A stretch of DNA of 64,000 nt. Origin: an uncultured delta proteobacterium. GTDB taxonomy: Bacteria; Myxococcota_A; Polyangia; Polyangiales; JAFGIB01. This document shows positions 1-9,913 of this stretch, piece by piece; position 1 is the first letter of the stretch; every line of letters begins with the position of its first letter. The DNA lies in assembly GCA_963778655.1 (NCBI GenBank), contig CAVZVA010000003.1, positions 128,001 through 192,000 of the forward strand. Direction: 5' to 3'. A program made the translations under genes and the position numbers. The notes below the pieces were generated by a model. The model did no database searches. It worked only from the letters and a program-made list of their open reading frames with translations, and was not told the origin of the DNA.

Positions 1-1632
1 CAGAAGGTCGACTTCGGCTGCATCACGGTGCTGACCAGCAAGAACCTGGCAGAGATACCCAAGATCATCCGCTTCTACGACGCGTTGAAGGTTTCTTCGG
101 TACGCATCCTGCCGTTGTTCGATGGCGCCTTCGAGGGCCAGCATCAGGGCTACGAGATCGACGAGGAGCAAGTGCTCGCCGGGCTGAAGCAGATCTTCGA
201 GCAGCTGCTCGCCCTCGACAGCGCGGTGCGAGTCGAGCCGATCCACCAATACCTCAACCAGGTTCTGCACTACTACACGCCGGGCGCGGCGCGCCGCGTC
301 TATGACAAGCGCAGCTGGGAGCCAATCTACGTCGTCAACCTCAACGGCGATCTCTACAGTTACGCCGAAACCTACGAGCCGGGTTTCTGTCACGGCAATC
401 TCTTCGAGCAACCGCTGCAGCAACTGGTCGCCAGCGCCGGGCATCTTCGCGCGGTCGAAGCGGCAGAGCGCCGCATGGGCGCGCTGTGCCGGCAGTGCCG
501 CTTCTTCGGCAGCTGCGACGGCTATCCGGTGGCCGAAGCCGCCGGGCGGCATCGCGAGGGCTATGGCGAAACCCCGAGCTGCCGCGTCGAGAAGGGCATC
601 CACGAGTATCTGGAGCGGCGACTGAAGGAGCTCGGGGTGATCGATCCCGTCAGCTCGCGCGTGACGCTGCCGGCGCCGAAGGCTTCGTTCAAGCACATCG
701 ACGAGCTGCCGCTGCAGCGGGAAGCACGCATCCGCTGTGAGGAGCGCGACCTCGAGGAGCTCGCGCAGCGGCTGACGCTCAGCGCGGGCACGATGTGCGC
801 GGTCGAGCCCCCGGGCGACGGCCTGAGCTATCTCAAAGCGGCCATCGTGCCCAAGGAACCGTGGCGCCCGCTATCGGCCGAGGAGAGCAGCCTGCTGCTT
901 TCGCCGGTCTCGGCGGACGGATGGAACGTCGGCTCCGATCTCGGAGTCTTCCGCATCCCCGACCACGTGATCGCGCCGCTCGAGCGGATCTTCGAGCAGT
1001 ACGGTACCCGCGATTGCCTGGACTCGGCCACTTACCAGGTTCACACCCATCACCCCGATTGGGATGCCGCGTATCGGGGACTGATCGAGCACCTCACCGA
1101 ACGCTATGCGCTCCGCCCCCACGAGCCGACCGTGGTTCGGCTCGCCACCGCGCCGCCGGGCATGAAGACGGTGACCAAGGACACGGTCAGGGACCGCAAC
1201 GAGCACTACTACGTCGGGATGCACCTCGACACCTGGGAGAAAATCCCACTGCTGGAGCGCCACCGGGCGCGCAACCGGATCTGCGTCAACCTCGGGCGCG
1301 AGGACCGTTACTTTCTGTTCATGAACCTCACGCTGATGAAGATGTTCGAAGCGCTCGGGCGCGAGAACCCCGCCTGCGCCGACGACTACTACGGCACCGA
1401 CCTCGGGCACGATTTCATGCGCGCGTTCCCGGGTTATCCAGTGCTCAAGCTGCGCGTGCGCCCTCGGGAAGCCTACATCGCGCCCACCGACAACCTGATC
1501 CACGACGGGACCTCGGTGGGCAAGCGCTATCCCGACATCGCGCTGCACATTCTGGGCTACTTCGGCATGACGGCCGAGCGCACCGCCGCGCCGCTGCATC
1601 CGGGGCCTGGCGCCGAGCTGGGGGCTCCCTGA
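1..1632 (+). CDS. 5'-partial radical SAM/SPASM-like protein fused to C-terminal HxD...H (putative Fe(II)-oxygenase-like) domain
   Basis: Frame is open from base 1 (QKVDFGCITVLTSKN). Contains a SPASM-type segment VVNLNGDLYS...HGNL...CRQCRFFGSC-x21-C. C-terminal domain GMHLDTW...NRICVNLG...YIAPTDNLIHDG. The CxxxCxxC motif would lie upstream of the window. Confidence 0.75.
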   Translation, partial: QKVDFGCITVLTSKNLAEIPKIIRFYDALKVSSVRILPLFDGAFEGQHQGYEIDEEQVLAGLKQIFEQLLALDSAVRVEPIHQYLNQVLHYYTPGAARRVYDKRSWEPIYVVNLNGDLYSYAETYEPGFCHGNLFEQPLQQLVASAGHLRAVEAAERRMGALCRQCRFFGSCDGYPVAEAAGRHREGYGETPSCRVEKGIHEYLERRLKELGVIDPVSSRVTLPAPKASFKHIDELPLQREARIRCEERDLEELAQRLTLSAGTMCAVEPPGDGLSYLKAAIVPKEPWRPLSAEESSLLLSPVSADGWNVGSDLGVFRIPDHVIAPLERIFEQYGTRDCLDSATYQVHTHHPDWDAAYRGLIEHLTERYALRPHEPTVVRLATAPPGMKTVTKDTVRDRNEHYYVGMHLDTWEKIPLLERHRARNRICVNLGREDRYFLFMNLTLMKMFEALGRENPACADDYYGTDLGHDFMRAFPGYPVLKLRVRPREAYIAPTDNLIHDGTSVGKRYPDIALHILGYFGMTAERTAAPLHPGPGAELGAP

Positions 1633-1642
1633 TCGGGGCGAC

Positions 1643-3595
1643 GTGGGCAGCCCGTCGGCGCGCAGCGTCCGCTACGAGATCCTGCTGTCGCGCGCGGCTC
1701 GCGGCGAAGCGAACGCGGGCGAAGCGCCGCTTCCGCCCGAGCTCCTCGATCGCGTGTACCGCGGGATCGCGGAGTGGCACGGGCAGTCCGCGCAGCCGGT
1801 GCAGGCTCGGCTGGTCTGGCACCACGAGGCCGCAGCCGGCGCAGGCTTCTACCGCGAGGCCCTCTGTCTGCAGCGCGGCCGCTTCGAGCCAACGCGGGTG
1901 GTTGCGCACAACACGCTCGCCATCGCCCCGAGCGCGCTCGGCTTCGAGCTGCTCGAGTTGTGCAGCGATGCCTCGTGCTTCGACGCGGTGGAGGCCGTGC
2001 TCGAGCCGTATTCGGCGGCGGTGGGCCCAGCGGGCGAGCTGGATTGGGAGCAGCGTACGGCGGCTGCGCTCGAGCGCCTTCGCAGCGCCGTGGGCGAGCT
2101 GAGCGGCGCGCTGCTGCTGTCCAGGACGAATCTGCACCGCGGCAGAGACATGCTGGCGTTGATCGCCCGATCACCGGTTCGGTCGTGGCGAGTGCGCTGC
2201 CCCGCTGCCACAGAGCTCGCACCCGCGGAAGTCCAGGCGGCGTTCGAACGGATGGCGGAGCTGCTGCTCGCCGGCACTCGCCAGACGCGACTGCAGCCGC
2301 TCGACGATTACGTGCAGCGCGTGCTCGACGACCACGACCCGAGCCAGCCGTGTCGCTTTCGAAGCCGCCGCAGCTGGGAGGCACGCTTCACGATCAGCGG
2401 CAACGGCGACGTGTTCGGTCCGGCTGGCGCGCGGGGCTGCGAGCCTGCGTACGGCAACCTGCTGCAGGCGTCGCTGCCCGCGATCATGAGCGGGGCCGCG
2501 CACCTCCGTGCGCTCGACGCGAGCGAACGGCGCCAGGCCGCAACGTGCTCGGCGTGTCGTTTCTACGGGAGCTGTCCCGGCGACGCGGCGGCCGACGCGA
2601 GCGTCGGGTGGCTGGCCGACGGCGCGGGCGGCTGCCCGGTGGTGCAGCCCGTGCTGGAGTCGATCGAGCGCCGGTTGGCTGCGGTCCGCTCGCCTCGTGC
2701 TGCCCCCGCGGCGCCCGGTGCCCGGCAATCGCTGCGCGCGGGCGTGCGCGTGCGCTGGCTGGGGCAAGCAGCCGAGCCCGCCGGCTCGAGGCTGATGCTG
2801 AGCGCGGGCACCTGCGCGCCCGCAGCTGGGTCGGGCCGCCGCTACCTGACCGGCGCGCTGTTGCCGCGCGCGCCCTTTCGCGAGCCAAGCGCCGAAGAAC
2901 GCACGCTGCTCGCCGTCGCGCCCGCTGGCGCCGCGGGGGCCTCGCAGCCGCCACCCGCCGAGGTCGCGATTTTCCGCGTCGCGGAGCGCGTGCTGCTTCC
3001 GCTGCGGGCGATCTGCGAGCAGTCCGGGTTGTACGCCGAGCCCCCGGCCGCCGGCGCCGACGCGCGCGCGCACCCGAATTGGCAGCACGCGCTGGACGCG
3101 CTGTTCGCCGAGCTGCAGCCGTTTTGTGCCGGACCGGAAGCGATCGAAGCCACCACGCTCTATCGGTCCGCGCCAGGGCTGCCGACCGTGACCCTGACCG
3201 ACCGCGGCAACCCCGAGCGCGAGGCCCTGGCCGGGTTGCATCTGGATAGCTGGGAGGGGAGCCCCCTACGCGCGCGGGCCTTCGTGCGAAACCGCATCGG
3301 CATCAACCTGAGCCGGCAAGAGCGCTACTTCCTGTTCGTGAATCTCCCGCTGGCCGAGATGATGCGCGCGCTCGGCCTACGCGAGGACGAGGACCTGAGC
3401 GAAGTGACGCTGTTCGCCGGCCACAAGTTCCTGCGGCGCTTTCCGGACTACCCCGTCGTCCGCCTCGCACTCGCGCCGTTCGAGGCCTATCTCGCGCCCA
3501 CCGGCAATCTCGTGCATGACGGGGCTTCGCCCACGGGCCCCCATCCGGACCTGGCGCTGCACCTCTTGGGCCACTTTTCCATTCCCGCCAGCTGA
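1643..3595 (+). CDS. Paralog of the upstream gene: degenerate radical SAM domain + SPASM-like Cys cluster + HxD...H domain
   Basis: CSACRFYGSC-x19-C and GLHLDSW...NRIGINL...YLAPTGNLVHDG align by eye with gene 1. No CxxxCxxC; WHHE stands where WHGGEP is expected. Starts 10 bp after the gene 1 stop. Confidence 0.75.
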   Translation: MGSPSARSVRYEILLSRAARGEANAGEAPLPPELLDRVYRGIAEWHGQSAQPVQARLVWHHEAAAGAGFYREALCLQRGRFEPTRVVAHNTLAIAPSALGFELLELCSDASCFDAVEAVLEPYSAAVGPAGELDWEQRTAAALERLRSAVGELSGALLLSRTNLHRGRDMLALIARSPVRSWRVRCPAATELAPAEVQAAFERMAELLLAGTRQTRLQPLDDYVQRVLDDHDPSQPCRFRSRRSWEARFTISGNGDVFGPAGARGCEPAYGNLLQASLPAIMSGAAHLRALDASERRQAATCSACRFYGSCPGDAAADASVGWLADGAGGCPVVQPVLESIERRLAAVRSPRAAPAAPGARQSLRAGVRVRWLGQAAEPAGSRLMLSAGTCAPAAGSGRRYLTGALLPRAPFREPSAEERTLLAVAPAGAAGASQPPPAEVAIFRVAERVLLPLRAICEQSGLYAEPPAAGADARAHPNWQHALDALFAELQPFCAGPEAIEATTLYRSAPGLPTVTLTDRGNPEREALAGLHLDSWEGSPLRARAFVRNRIGINLSRQERYFLFVNLPLAEMMRALGLREDEDLSEVTLFAGHKFLRRFPDYPVVRLALAPFEAYLAPTGNLVHDGASPTGPHPDLALHLLGHFSIPAS

Positions 3596-3626
3596 GCTAG
3601 CTCGGGTCCGTGCCGGCGCTCGGCCG

Positions 3627-4778
3627 TTACTGACACTTGTCTTTGCCGGCGGCGCTCGCGCACGCCGTCGCGTCGCCGTCGAGCGCCCGGCTGACGTAGA
3701 GAAAGCGGCATTGCAGCGAGCTCGGCTGGCTCTCGGCGGTCATCACCGCGTAGCCGGAGTTCATGCTCGCGCCGTCGAGCTGCGCGCAGCTCGCCGCGCA
3801 CTTCTCGTCGCTACCGAATACGCTGTCGAACTCGTCGGGACAACCGGCTTTGAGCAAGCGGCAATACGGCGCGCAATTGGGGGTATCGCTACCGTCGCCG
3901 CAGTGCCCGTCGCCTGTGGGGCCCGCGTGCGGGCAATGGGTGGCGGGGTCGAGCGCCGCGCTGTACGCGTGCCACTGCCGGCAGCCCACCGTGTCGGCGC
4001 TCTGCTCGGCAGTCGGGCTCTGGTCCCCGTTGAGGCCGAGATCGAGCTTGGCGCACACCTGGCGGCACTGGTCGCCGCTTTCGTAGACCGCGTGCTCGCC
4101 GGCGCACTCGGCCATCACCAGATCGCAGTAGTGGGCACAGCTCGGCGGCTGGTCCTCGGGGTCGATGCAGTAGGCCGCAGGGTGGGCAATCCTCGCGTGC
4201 GGGCAATGCGTATCCGGATCCATGGTCGCGTTGCTCACGTGAACCAGCCGGCATTGCAGCGTGTCGCCTTCGTGATTGGCGTCGGTATTAAACGTGTGGT
4301 CGTCGGCCAGACCCGCGCACGCGCTCTCGCAGTTGGGCAGTGCGTCGTTCGGGCAGACCGCCGCATACAGCGCGCAGTAGTTCTGGCAATCCGAGCCGCA
4401 CACGTCACCGCCGCCAGGTCCAGCCTGGATGCAGTAGTCCTCTTTCTCCCCGGTTTCGGCGGCGTCGCGCGCCACCGTGGCGCGGCAGGTGAGGGTGTTG
4501 CCCGTGGGCCTGTCGAACGAGGGCTGTCCGGGCGGATAGTGCTTGCAGACGCTCAGACACACCTCTTTGGAGGGATAGACTTGGTGCACGTCCGTGCAAG
4601 TGGTAGTCACCAGGTCGCAGAAGGCGCCGCAGGCGCCGCTCGAGCCCGCGTCCGCGCCCTGTCCCGCGTCTGCCGGCTCGAAGTGCCGGTGCTCGATCCC
4701 CGCAATCGTCTGACATCCCGCGGCCAGGGCGAGACCGCAGCAAGCGGCGTTCAGCGCGACGCGACCGAGGTGTTTCAA
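3627..4778 (-). CDS. Cys/His-rich repeat lipoprotein (4 repeats of about 80 aa)
   Basis: TTG start overlaps the upstream TGA. Lipobox LAAGC. Repeats of CxxYC...C...CxxxC...T/SLxCR..H...HCPHA. Confidence 0.7.
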   Translation of the reverse strand: MKHLGRVALNAACCGLALAAGCQTIAGIEHRHFEPADAGQGADAGSSGACGAFCDLVTTTCTDVHQVYPSKEVCLSVCKHYPPGQPSFDRPTGNTLTCRATVARDAAETGEKEDYCIQAGPGGGDVCGSDCQNYCALYAAVCPNDALPNCESACAGLADDHTFNTDANHEGDTLQCRLVHVSNATMDPDTHCPHARIAHPAAYCIDPEDQPPSCAHYCDLVMAECAGEHAVYESGDQCRQVCAKLDLGLNGDQSPTAEQSADTVGCRQWHAYSAALDPATHCPHAGPTGDGHCGDGSDTPNCAPYCRLLKAGCPDEFDSVFGSDEKCAASCAQLDGASMNSGYAVMTAESQPSSLQCRFLYVSRALDGDATACASAAGKDKCQ

Positions 4779-5878
4779 AACGCACCTTCCAGCGTGACGC
4801 GCGCAGAACGCCCGTCGCTCGCGAAGCCAACTGCGCGCTCGGCGCCAGGCGGCGCCAAGAAATAGGTCACGATCCCGGCGGCGGCGAGCACCGCTCCGCC
4901 GATCACGAACACGTTGGCGAGCTGCGCCGCATCCTGAGCGTCTTGGGTGAGCTTGACCCCGCGCTGATCGGTGCAGGTGGCGCCTCCGCCCGGGCAGTGG
5001 TGCTTGGCGTCGTTGTTCCTCGCGATCGCGTGCAAGCCGAAGCCCGTGCCGATCCCCAGCGCGACCACGCCGGCGCCGCTGATCACCAGCCCCACGATGC
5101 GCTGCCCCGAGCCGCGACGCGGCGGCGGCGGCTGAGTAGCTCGGGCGTCCACGCCCGCCGCCTCCTTCAGCGGCGCCGGAGCCGGCGTGGGAGCCGGCGC
5201 TGCCGCAGCCTCGGAGGGCGGCGGCGCGCCTTGCGCGGCGACAGCCGGCGGCGGCGCGGGAGCCGGTGCCAGCGCGGGCACCCCCAACACGACGCTGGCG
5301 GCATTGGGCGGAACCTGCACGCTCGCCGACCACGACGTGAATCCAGAGGCGCGCGCCTCGATCCGATGGGTGCCGGGATCAACCGGCACCGGCACGCCCC
5401 ACAGCGCCGACATCACCTGCTCGCCATCCCGCAGCAGCTCTAGGCCCGGTGTCGAGCCGTTCGCCACCTTGAGTGTCAGCGTGGACAGCAATGGCTTGAG
5501 GCGCTCGGCGCGCTGGCGCCCTGCGGTTGCACGCTCGCTTTCGCCGCTTGCCGCGGCTTCCGACGCGGCCTGCCGAAACAAGGCCCACGCGCTCGCGGTG
5601 CGACCCGATTTCTCATAGCACTCGGCCAGATACAGCATGGTGCCGATGCCGCGATCGACGGCCTCACTCTGCTCGAGCTTGACGCAGGCTTCGGCGAAGC
5701 TCCCCTGGCGCATCAGCGCGAGCCCTTGGTCGAACAACGCCTCGGCTGCGGCCTTGTCGGCCGCGCTCACCTGAGCCTGAGCAGGCGGAGCCAACCCGAG
5801 AAACGCCCAGCCCACACACGCGCATAGCGCGACCAGCGTACCGCGGCGGGACGCCGCGAAGGGGCTCTGGGTGATCAT
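4775..5878 (-). CDS. TPR/PEGA-like domain membrane protein
   Basis: Signal peptide, AEALFDQG...ACVKLEQS TPR-like helices, PVDPGTHRIEARASG PEGA-like strand, C-terminal hydrophobic segments. Typical myxobacterial kinase neighbour. Confidence 0.75.
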   Translation of the reverse strand: MITQSPFAASRRGTLVALCACVGWAFLGLAPPAQAQVSAADKAAAEALFDQGLALMRQGSFAEACVKLEQSEAVDRGIGTMLYLAECYEKSGRTASAWALFRQAASEAAASGESERATAGRQRAERLKPLLSTLTLKVANGSTPGLELLRDGEQVMSALWGVPVPVDPGTHRIEARASGFTSWSASVQVPPNAASVVLGVPALAPAPAPPPAVAAQGAPPPSEAAAAPAPTPAPAPLKEAAGVDARATQPPPPRRGSGQRIVGLVISGAGVVALGIGTGFGLHAIARNNDAKHHCPGGGATCTDQRGVKLTQDAQDAAQLANVFVIGGAVLAAAGIVTYFLAPPGAERAVGFASDGRSARVTLEGAF

Positions 5879-5933
5879 GGTGTTGGGCCTTGTAACGCTT
5901 CGAGCTGCGGAGGCCAACACCCCTCCGTCTTGG

Positions 5934-7478
5934 TTAACGGCGGCCGCCGAAGTCGGAGATCGGGACCGCGTGCTCCTCCACATTGCCGTGCCGCCGCGAG
6001 CTCGGCTCGGGTCGCTCCGGGCGCGCATGGACCGCAGAGGGGAGCTGCCGCGACAGGTCGACGCCACGGGGCAATTGCTCGGCGGCGGAAGCGGAAGAGT
6101 CCTTGGGCGGCGCCTCCGGGCGCGCCTGAGCCGAGGACCCCGCATCGGGGACTGGCTTGGCCGCAGGCGCGGCCGCGGCCTGTGAAGCTGGCTGCGCCGC
6201 GGGCTCCGCGGCCATGGACCCGGCGAGGCCAGCGTCCTGCTTGTCCTGGCCGGCGACCCCGAGCGACGGCGCGCCAGCGGGCGGCTTGGCCGGCTCCGAG
6301 CGCCGCCCGCGAACGGCCGCCCAGACCAGCCCGCCCCCGAGCCCCGCGAGCACCAGCGCGGAAATCAGCCACAGCCTCCCGCGCTGAGCCGGCTGATCGC
6401 GGGCGCGTTCTCCGGACGCGGCCCGACCGCTGGGACCGGCGTCCGCTGCGCCGGCATCCGCTGCGCCACCGGGCGCGGGCTCCGCGTCGTCGCGCGAGCC
6501 CGGAGCAAGCACGCGCGCGATCCGTGTGACCGAAACCGCGGCTTGTGCCGGCGCGAACGGCGCCAGCGCCTCGGTCAGCTCGCCCACGGTCGTGAAGCGC
6601 AGCTCGCGCTGTTTGGTGAGCGCCCGCAGCACGACCTGCTCCAGCTCGGGTGGGGCCTGGACGTCGAGTCGGGCAAACGGCATCGGGTCCGAGTGCAGCA
6701 CCGCGTTGACCAGCTGGGGGATCGAGTCGCCGCTGAACGGCGTGCGGCCGGTCAAGAGCTCGTACAGAATCGCTCCAAGCGCCCAGATGTCGGTACGCGC
6801 ATCGACGTCCTTGGACGACTCGAGCTGCTCCGGCGACATGTAAATCGGCGAGCCGATCAGCGTGGCGGTCTTGGTCAGCGTGAGATGGCTGATGCCGGCC
6901 TCCGTGAGCGACTTCGAGACTCCGAAATCGAGCACCTTGATCGCGCGCGAGCCGTCTGGGCGCTGCGCCAGGAACAGGTTCGCGGGCTTGAGATCGCGGT
7001 GCACGATCCCGGCCATGTGCGCCTCGGCCAGCGCCTCGCACGCTTGCAGCACGCTCTGGACCGCCTCCGAGACGCCGAGTCGCCCCCGGCGCATGAGCTC
7101 CTCGGAGAGATCGCAGCCATCGAGGTACTCCATGACCATGAACGGAATGCCGTCCTCCAGCGTACCGACGTCCAGCACACGGCACACGTGCTCGCTGCGG
7201 ATCCGGGCGGCGGCCCGCGCTTCACGCCGGAAACGTTCGGCCGCGCCCTCGTGATCGTGGGCGATTTGTTTCAGCAGAAACTTGATCGCAACCCGCTGCT
7301 GCAAGCCCAGGTGCCAGGCGGCCACCACCATGCCCATGCCGCCCTCGCCGAGAACCCTCTCGACGCGGTACTTCTCCGCGATGGTTTGGCCCTCGGCGAC
7401 CGGGGACGAGTTGCGCATCACGACCGCCATAGCCCCCCGCACTGCTGGGGTTGAGACGGTTTGACGGTACTCAGACAT
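5934..7478 (-). CDS. Membrane-anchored Hanks-type Ser/Thr protein kinase
   Basis: GEGGMG, VAIK, HRDLKPAN, DFG, GSPIYMSPE, DIWALG, then a TM helix. Start codon uncertain (7418-7493). Confidence 0.92.
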   Translation of the reverse strand: MSEYRQTVSTPAVRGAMAVVMRNSSPVAEGQTIAEKYRVERVLGEGGMGMVVAAWHLGLQQRVAIKFLLKQIAHDHEGAAERFRREARAAARIRSEHVCRVLDVGTLEDGIPFMVMEYLDGCDLSEELMRRGRLGVSEAVQSVLQACEALAEAHMAGIVHRDLKPANLFLAQRPDGSRAIKVLDFGVSKSLTEAGISHLTLTKTATLIGSPIYMSPEQLESSKDVDARTDIWALGAILYELLTGRTPFSGDSIPQLVNAVLHSDPMPFARLDVQAPPELEQVVLRALTKQRELRFTTVGELTEALAPFAPAQAAVSVTRIARVLAPGSRDDAEPAPGGAADAGAADAGPSGRAASGERARDQPAQRGRLWLISALVLAGLGGGLVWAAVRGRRSEPAKPPAGAPSLGVAGQDKQDAGLAGSMAAEPAAQPASQAAAAPAAKPVPDAGSSAQARPEAPPKDSSASAAEQLPRGVDLSRQLPSAVHARPERPEPSSRRHGNVEEHAVPISDFGGRR

Positions 7479-7871
7479 CGTGCCCGCCCGCAACGGTCCG
7501 GGGGCCGAATTTCCGGCTCGCCGGGGCGGATGTCACGGGGCCGTGGGGTGTGCGCGGGCCGGCGGGGCCACGCTCGCCGCAAAAACGGGCCGCAGGGGCC
7601 TGCCGTCCCTGTGGGCGAGATCACTGCCGATTGACCTCGGAATCTTGATTTGATCGCGCAAGGCGCCATGCTTGAGGAACGTCGGCCCGTGTCCCGGCCC
7701 TGAGGATCCTGGGCGTCCGGGGTTAGCCCGCGCCGGGCACCGGGGCGCAGGTCTGGGACGCGTGCCCGGGGCGATGTGATTCGGCCGGTGGTTGCGACTC
7801 CGAGCTGAGGTACTCTCGTCCGCGACATTGGCCGAGCAGCGGGACTGGGTGCGCCCGGGCTCCAGGGTTCG

Positions 7872-9908
7872 ATGACATCAGCGTGGTTGCGAAATGGGCT
7901 TGCGGTGTGGGTGCTGGTCTCGGCGCTCGGCTGCGATCGTCCGGAAGGCGCGCAGTCCGGGGCAACCTCGCGGCTACCGGAAAGCGCGCCGACGGCGGGT
8001 CGCGCCGATCCGCAGTCCGGCAACCGGGCTGCCGGGTCCCGGGCCCCGGCCGACCCACTGGCCGCGCGCGACGATTTGCCGCCCGCGCGACGCGCGCTGA
8101 TCGTCGTCAACGGCGCCGAACGCTGGGTCGACGCGCAGGCGATCGAGGCGGCCGGCTACACGCTGGTGGATCTGCGGGACGACTGGACCCCCAGCATCTT
8201 CGCGCAGGAGCGGACGCCCGAGGGCGTGCCGCTGCCCAATCGCTATCGGCGCGTGCTGCTGGGGCTCGCCAACGATCGACTCGACAACGACGGGGAGCCG
8301 CTGGCACCGGGCGAGAAGAACTACCTAGAACTGTACGGGGTCTTTCCTTCGCTCTCGGTGCTGCGCGCGCGCTTCCTGCAGGACGCGACGCATCCCTGTC
8401 AGGACGAGCAGAGCGCATCGGCGCTCGAGGCGGTCGAGACCGTGAAGTACGTGCCGCCCGAGCGCGCGCGCCGCGAGGCGCAGCGGCTGGCCTGGGAGGT
8501 CAAGCAGCTCGAGAAGGCGCGCCGCCGCGCCAAGCTGGCGACGCTGCAGGAGCTGGCCGCCGCGCAGCCGAAGCTCGCCGCCAAGCTCGCCTTCGTGCAG
8601 AAGCGCCAGGCCGAGCAGACGGCGCTGGGCGCAGTGGAGAAACGGCTCGCGTGCGAGAAGCTGTTCCCCCTCGACAAGAAGCACACTCCCGGCGTGTACG
8701 ACGACGCGATGCGGCTGGCGGTGCGCCGCTTTCAGCAGAAGCAGATGATCTACGAGGCGAACTTCCTGCACCGGCGTACGGTGGACGCGCTCGCACGGCC
8801 CTTGTTGGACAATGACTACGACTCGCTGGTGCGCGCGCTGCGCGAGCGCGTGGTCTCCGCAGCCGGCATCATCGAGGACGGGACCGGCGGCACCAAGAGC
8901 CACCCAGTGCCCGATCTGGTCGAGCAGTACACGCAGATCGCGCTCCAGCAGCTCGGCCTTACCGATACCAAGGCTGCGCTGGCGTTCTTCCAGCGCCACC
9001 CGGCGGAGCAGTTCCGGACGTTGCAGGCGGCGATCAAGCTTCCGCCGCGACCCGAGTACTACTCGCCGAACATGGATCTCTCGATCGTCGTCGACCGCGG
9101 CGACGTCTGGTACGACCTGCCGTTCGGCCCGGACGGGCACTTCCGGCCGCGCGCGCGCAGTCGTTACCCCCATCTGATGTTGTTCGTGACCTACAACGGC
9201 GAACGCATCATGCTCGCGCGCTGGCGCACGACGATCGGCGGCTGGCGTGCGGAGCAGGCGACCAACGGCTACGAGTATTTCCGCTACAAGGGCTCCGACG
9301 TTGGGCCGCGGGTGATCCGGCAGGTGGTCTCCGGCCCGGTGTGGATCGCGCCCGAGTCGACCCCGATCCGCAGCCTGATCAAAGGCAAGACCGTGAACGG
9401 GCGGCGCACGGCGATCGTCAACTACGACGAGCTCGGGCCCGGCTATCTCTCGGCGTATGGCCTGGTGGCCGGCTACTTCGTAGTCCCGGGGCAGAACGGC
9501 CGCCCCGACTGGGACAACGGCGTGCGCGCGCACGGTTCCTCCGACTACCTCTCGATCTACAGCGCGAACGGCTACTCGCACGGCTGCCACAGGTTGCCGA
9601 ACCACATCGCGATCCGCCTGTATTCGTTCATCCTGGGGCATCGCACCAAGCAGGTGGCCGGCGATCAGCCGCTCAACTTCGCCCGCCAGTTCCTGAAGGG
9701 CAACACCGTCTACGAGATACGCATCCCGTCGCGCGGCTTCATGTACGTGCTGGATCCACCGCTGCCCGTGAACGTGCTCGAAGGCCGCATCAGGGGCGCG
9801 CAAAAGACGCCGATTCTCGGCTACGTGCCCAAGCCCGACACGGAATACCCACCGGGCCCGCCGCCGCCGGTGCCCAACAGTCCGGAAGCCAAGGCCGGGG
9901 AGGAGTGA
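7872..9908 (+). CDS. L,D-transpeptidase family lipoprotein with peptidoglycan-binding-like helix
   Basis: Lipobox ALGC; GVYDDAMRLAVRRFQ (PG-binding-like); catalytic HG...SHGCHRL motif. Confidence 0.8.
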   Translation: MTSAWLRNGLAVWVLVSALGCDRPEGAQSGATSRLPESAPTAGRADPQSGNRAAGSRAPADPLAARDDLPPARRALIVVNGAERWVDAQAIEAAGYTLVDLRDDWTPSIFAQERTPEGVPLPNRYRRVLLGLANDRLDNDGEPLAPGEKNYLELYGVFPSLSVLRARFLQDATHPCQDEQSASALEAVETVKYVPPERARREAQRLAWEVKQLEKARRRAKLATLQELAAAQPKLAAKLAFVQKRQAEQTALGAVEKRLACEKLFPLDKKHTPGVYDDAMRLAVRRFQQKQMIYEANFLHRRTVDALARPLLDNDYDSLVRALRERVVSAAGIIEDGTGGTKSHPVPDLVEQYTQIALQQLGLTDTKAALAFFQRHPAEQFRTLQAAIKLPPRPEYYSPNMDLSIVVDRGDVWYDLPFGPDGHFRPRARSRYPHLMLFVTYNGERIMLARWRTTIGGWRAEQATNGYEYFRYKGSDVGPRVIRQVVSGPVWIAPESTPIRSLIKGKTVNGRRTAIVNYDELGPGYLSAYGLVAGYFVVPGQNGRPDWDNGVRAHGSSDYLSIYSANGYSHGCHRLPNHIAIRLYSFILGHRTKQVAGDQPLNFARQFLKGNTVYEIRIPSRGFMYVLDPPLPVNVLEGRIRGAQKTPILGYVPKPDTEYPPGPPPPVPNSPEAKAGEE

Positions 9909-9913
9909 CGACC

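Noticed and set aside
3596..3626. Precursor peptide for the radical SAM pair downstream of gene 2
   Set aside because: Only a 31-bp gap before a convergent gene; any precursor must lie upstream of the window or elsewhere.
7840..7875. GGGTTCGAT resembling a tRNA T-loop
   Set aside because: No cloverleaf or acceptor stem; runs into a CDS start.
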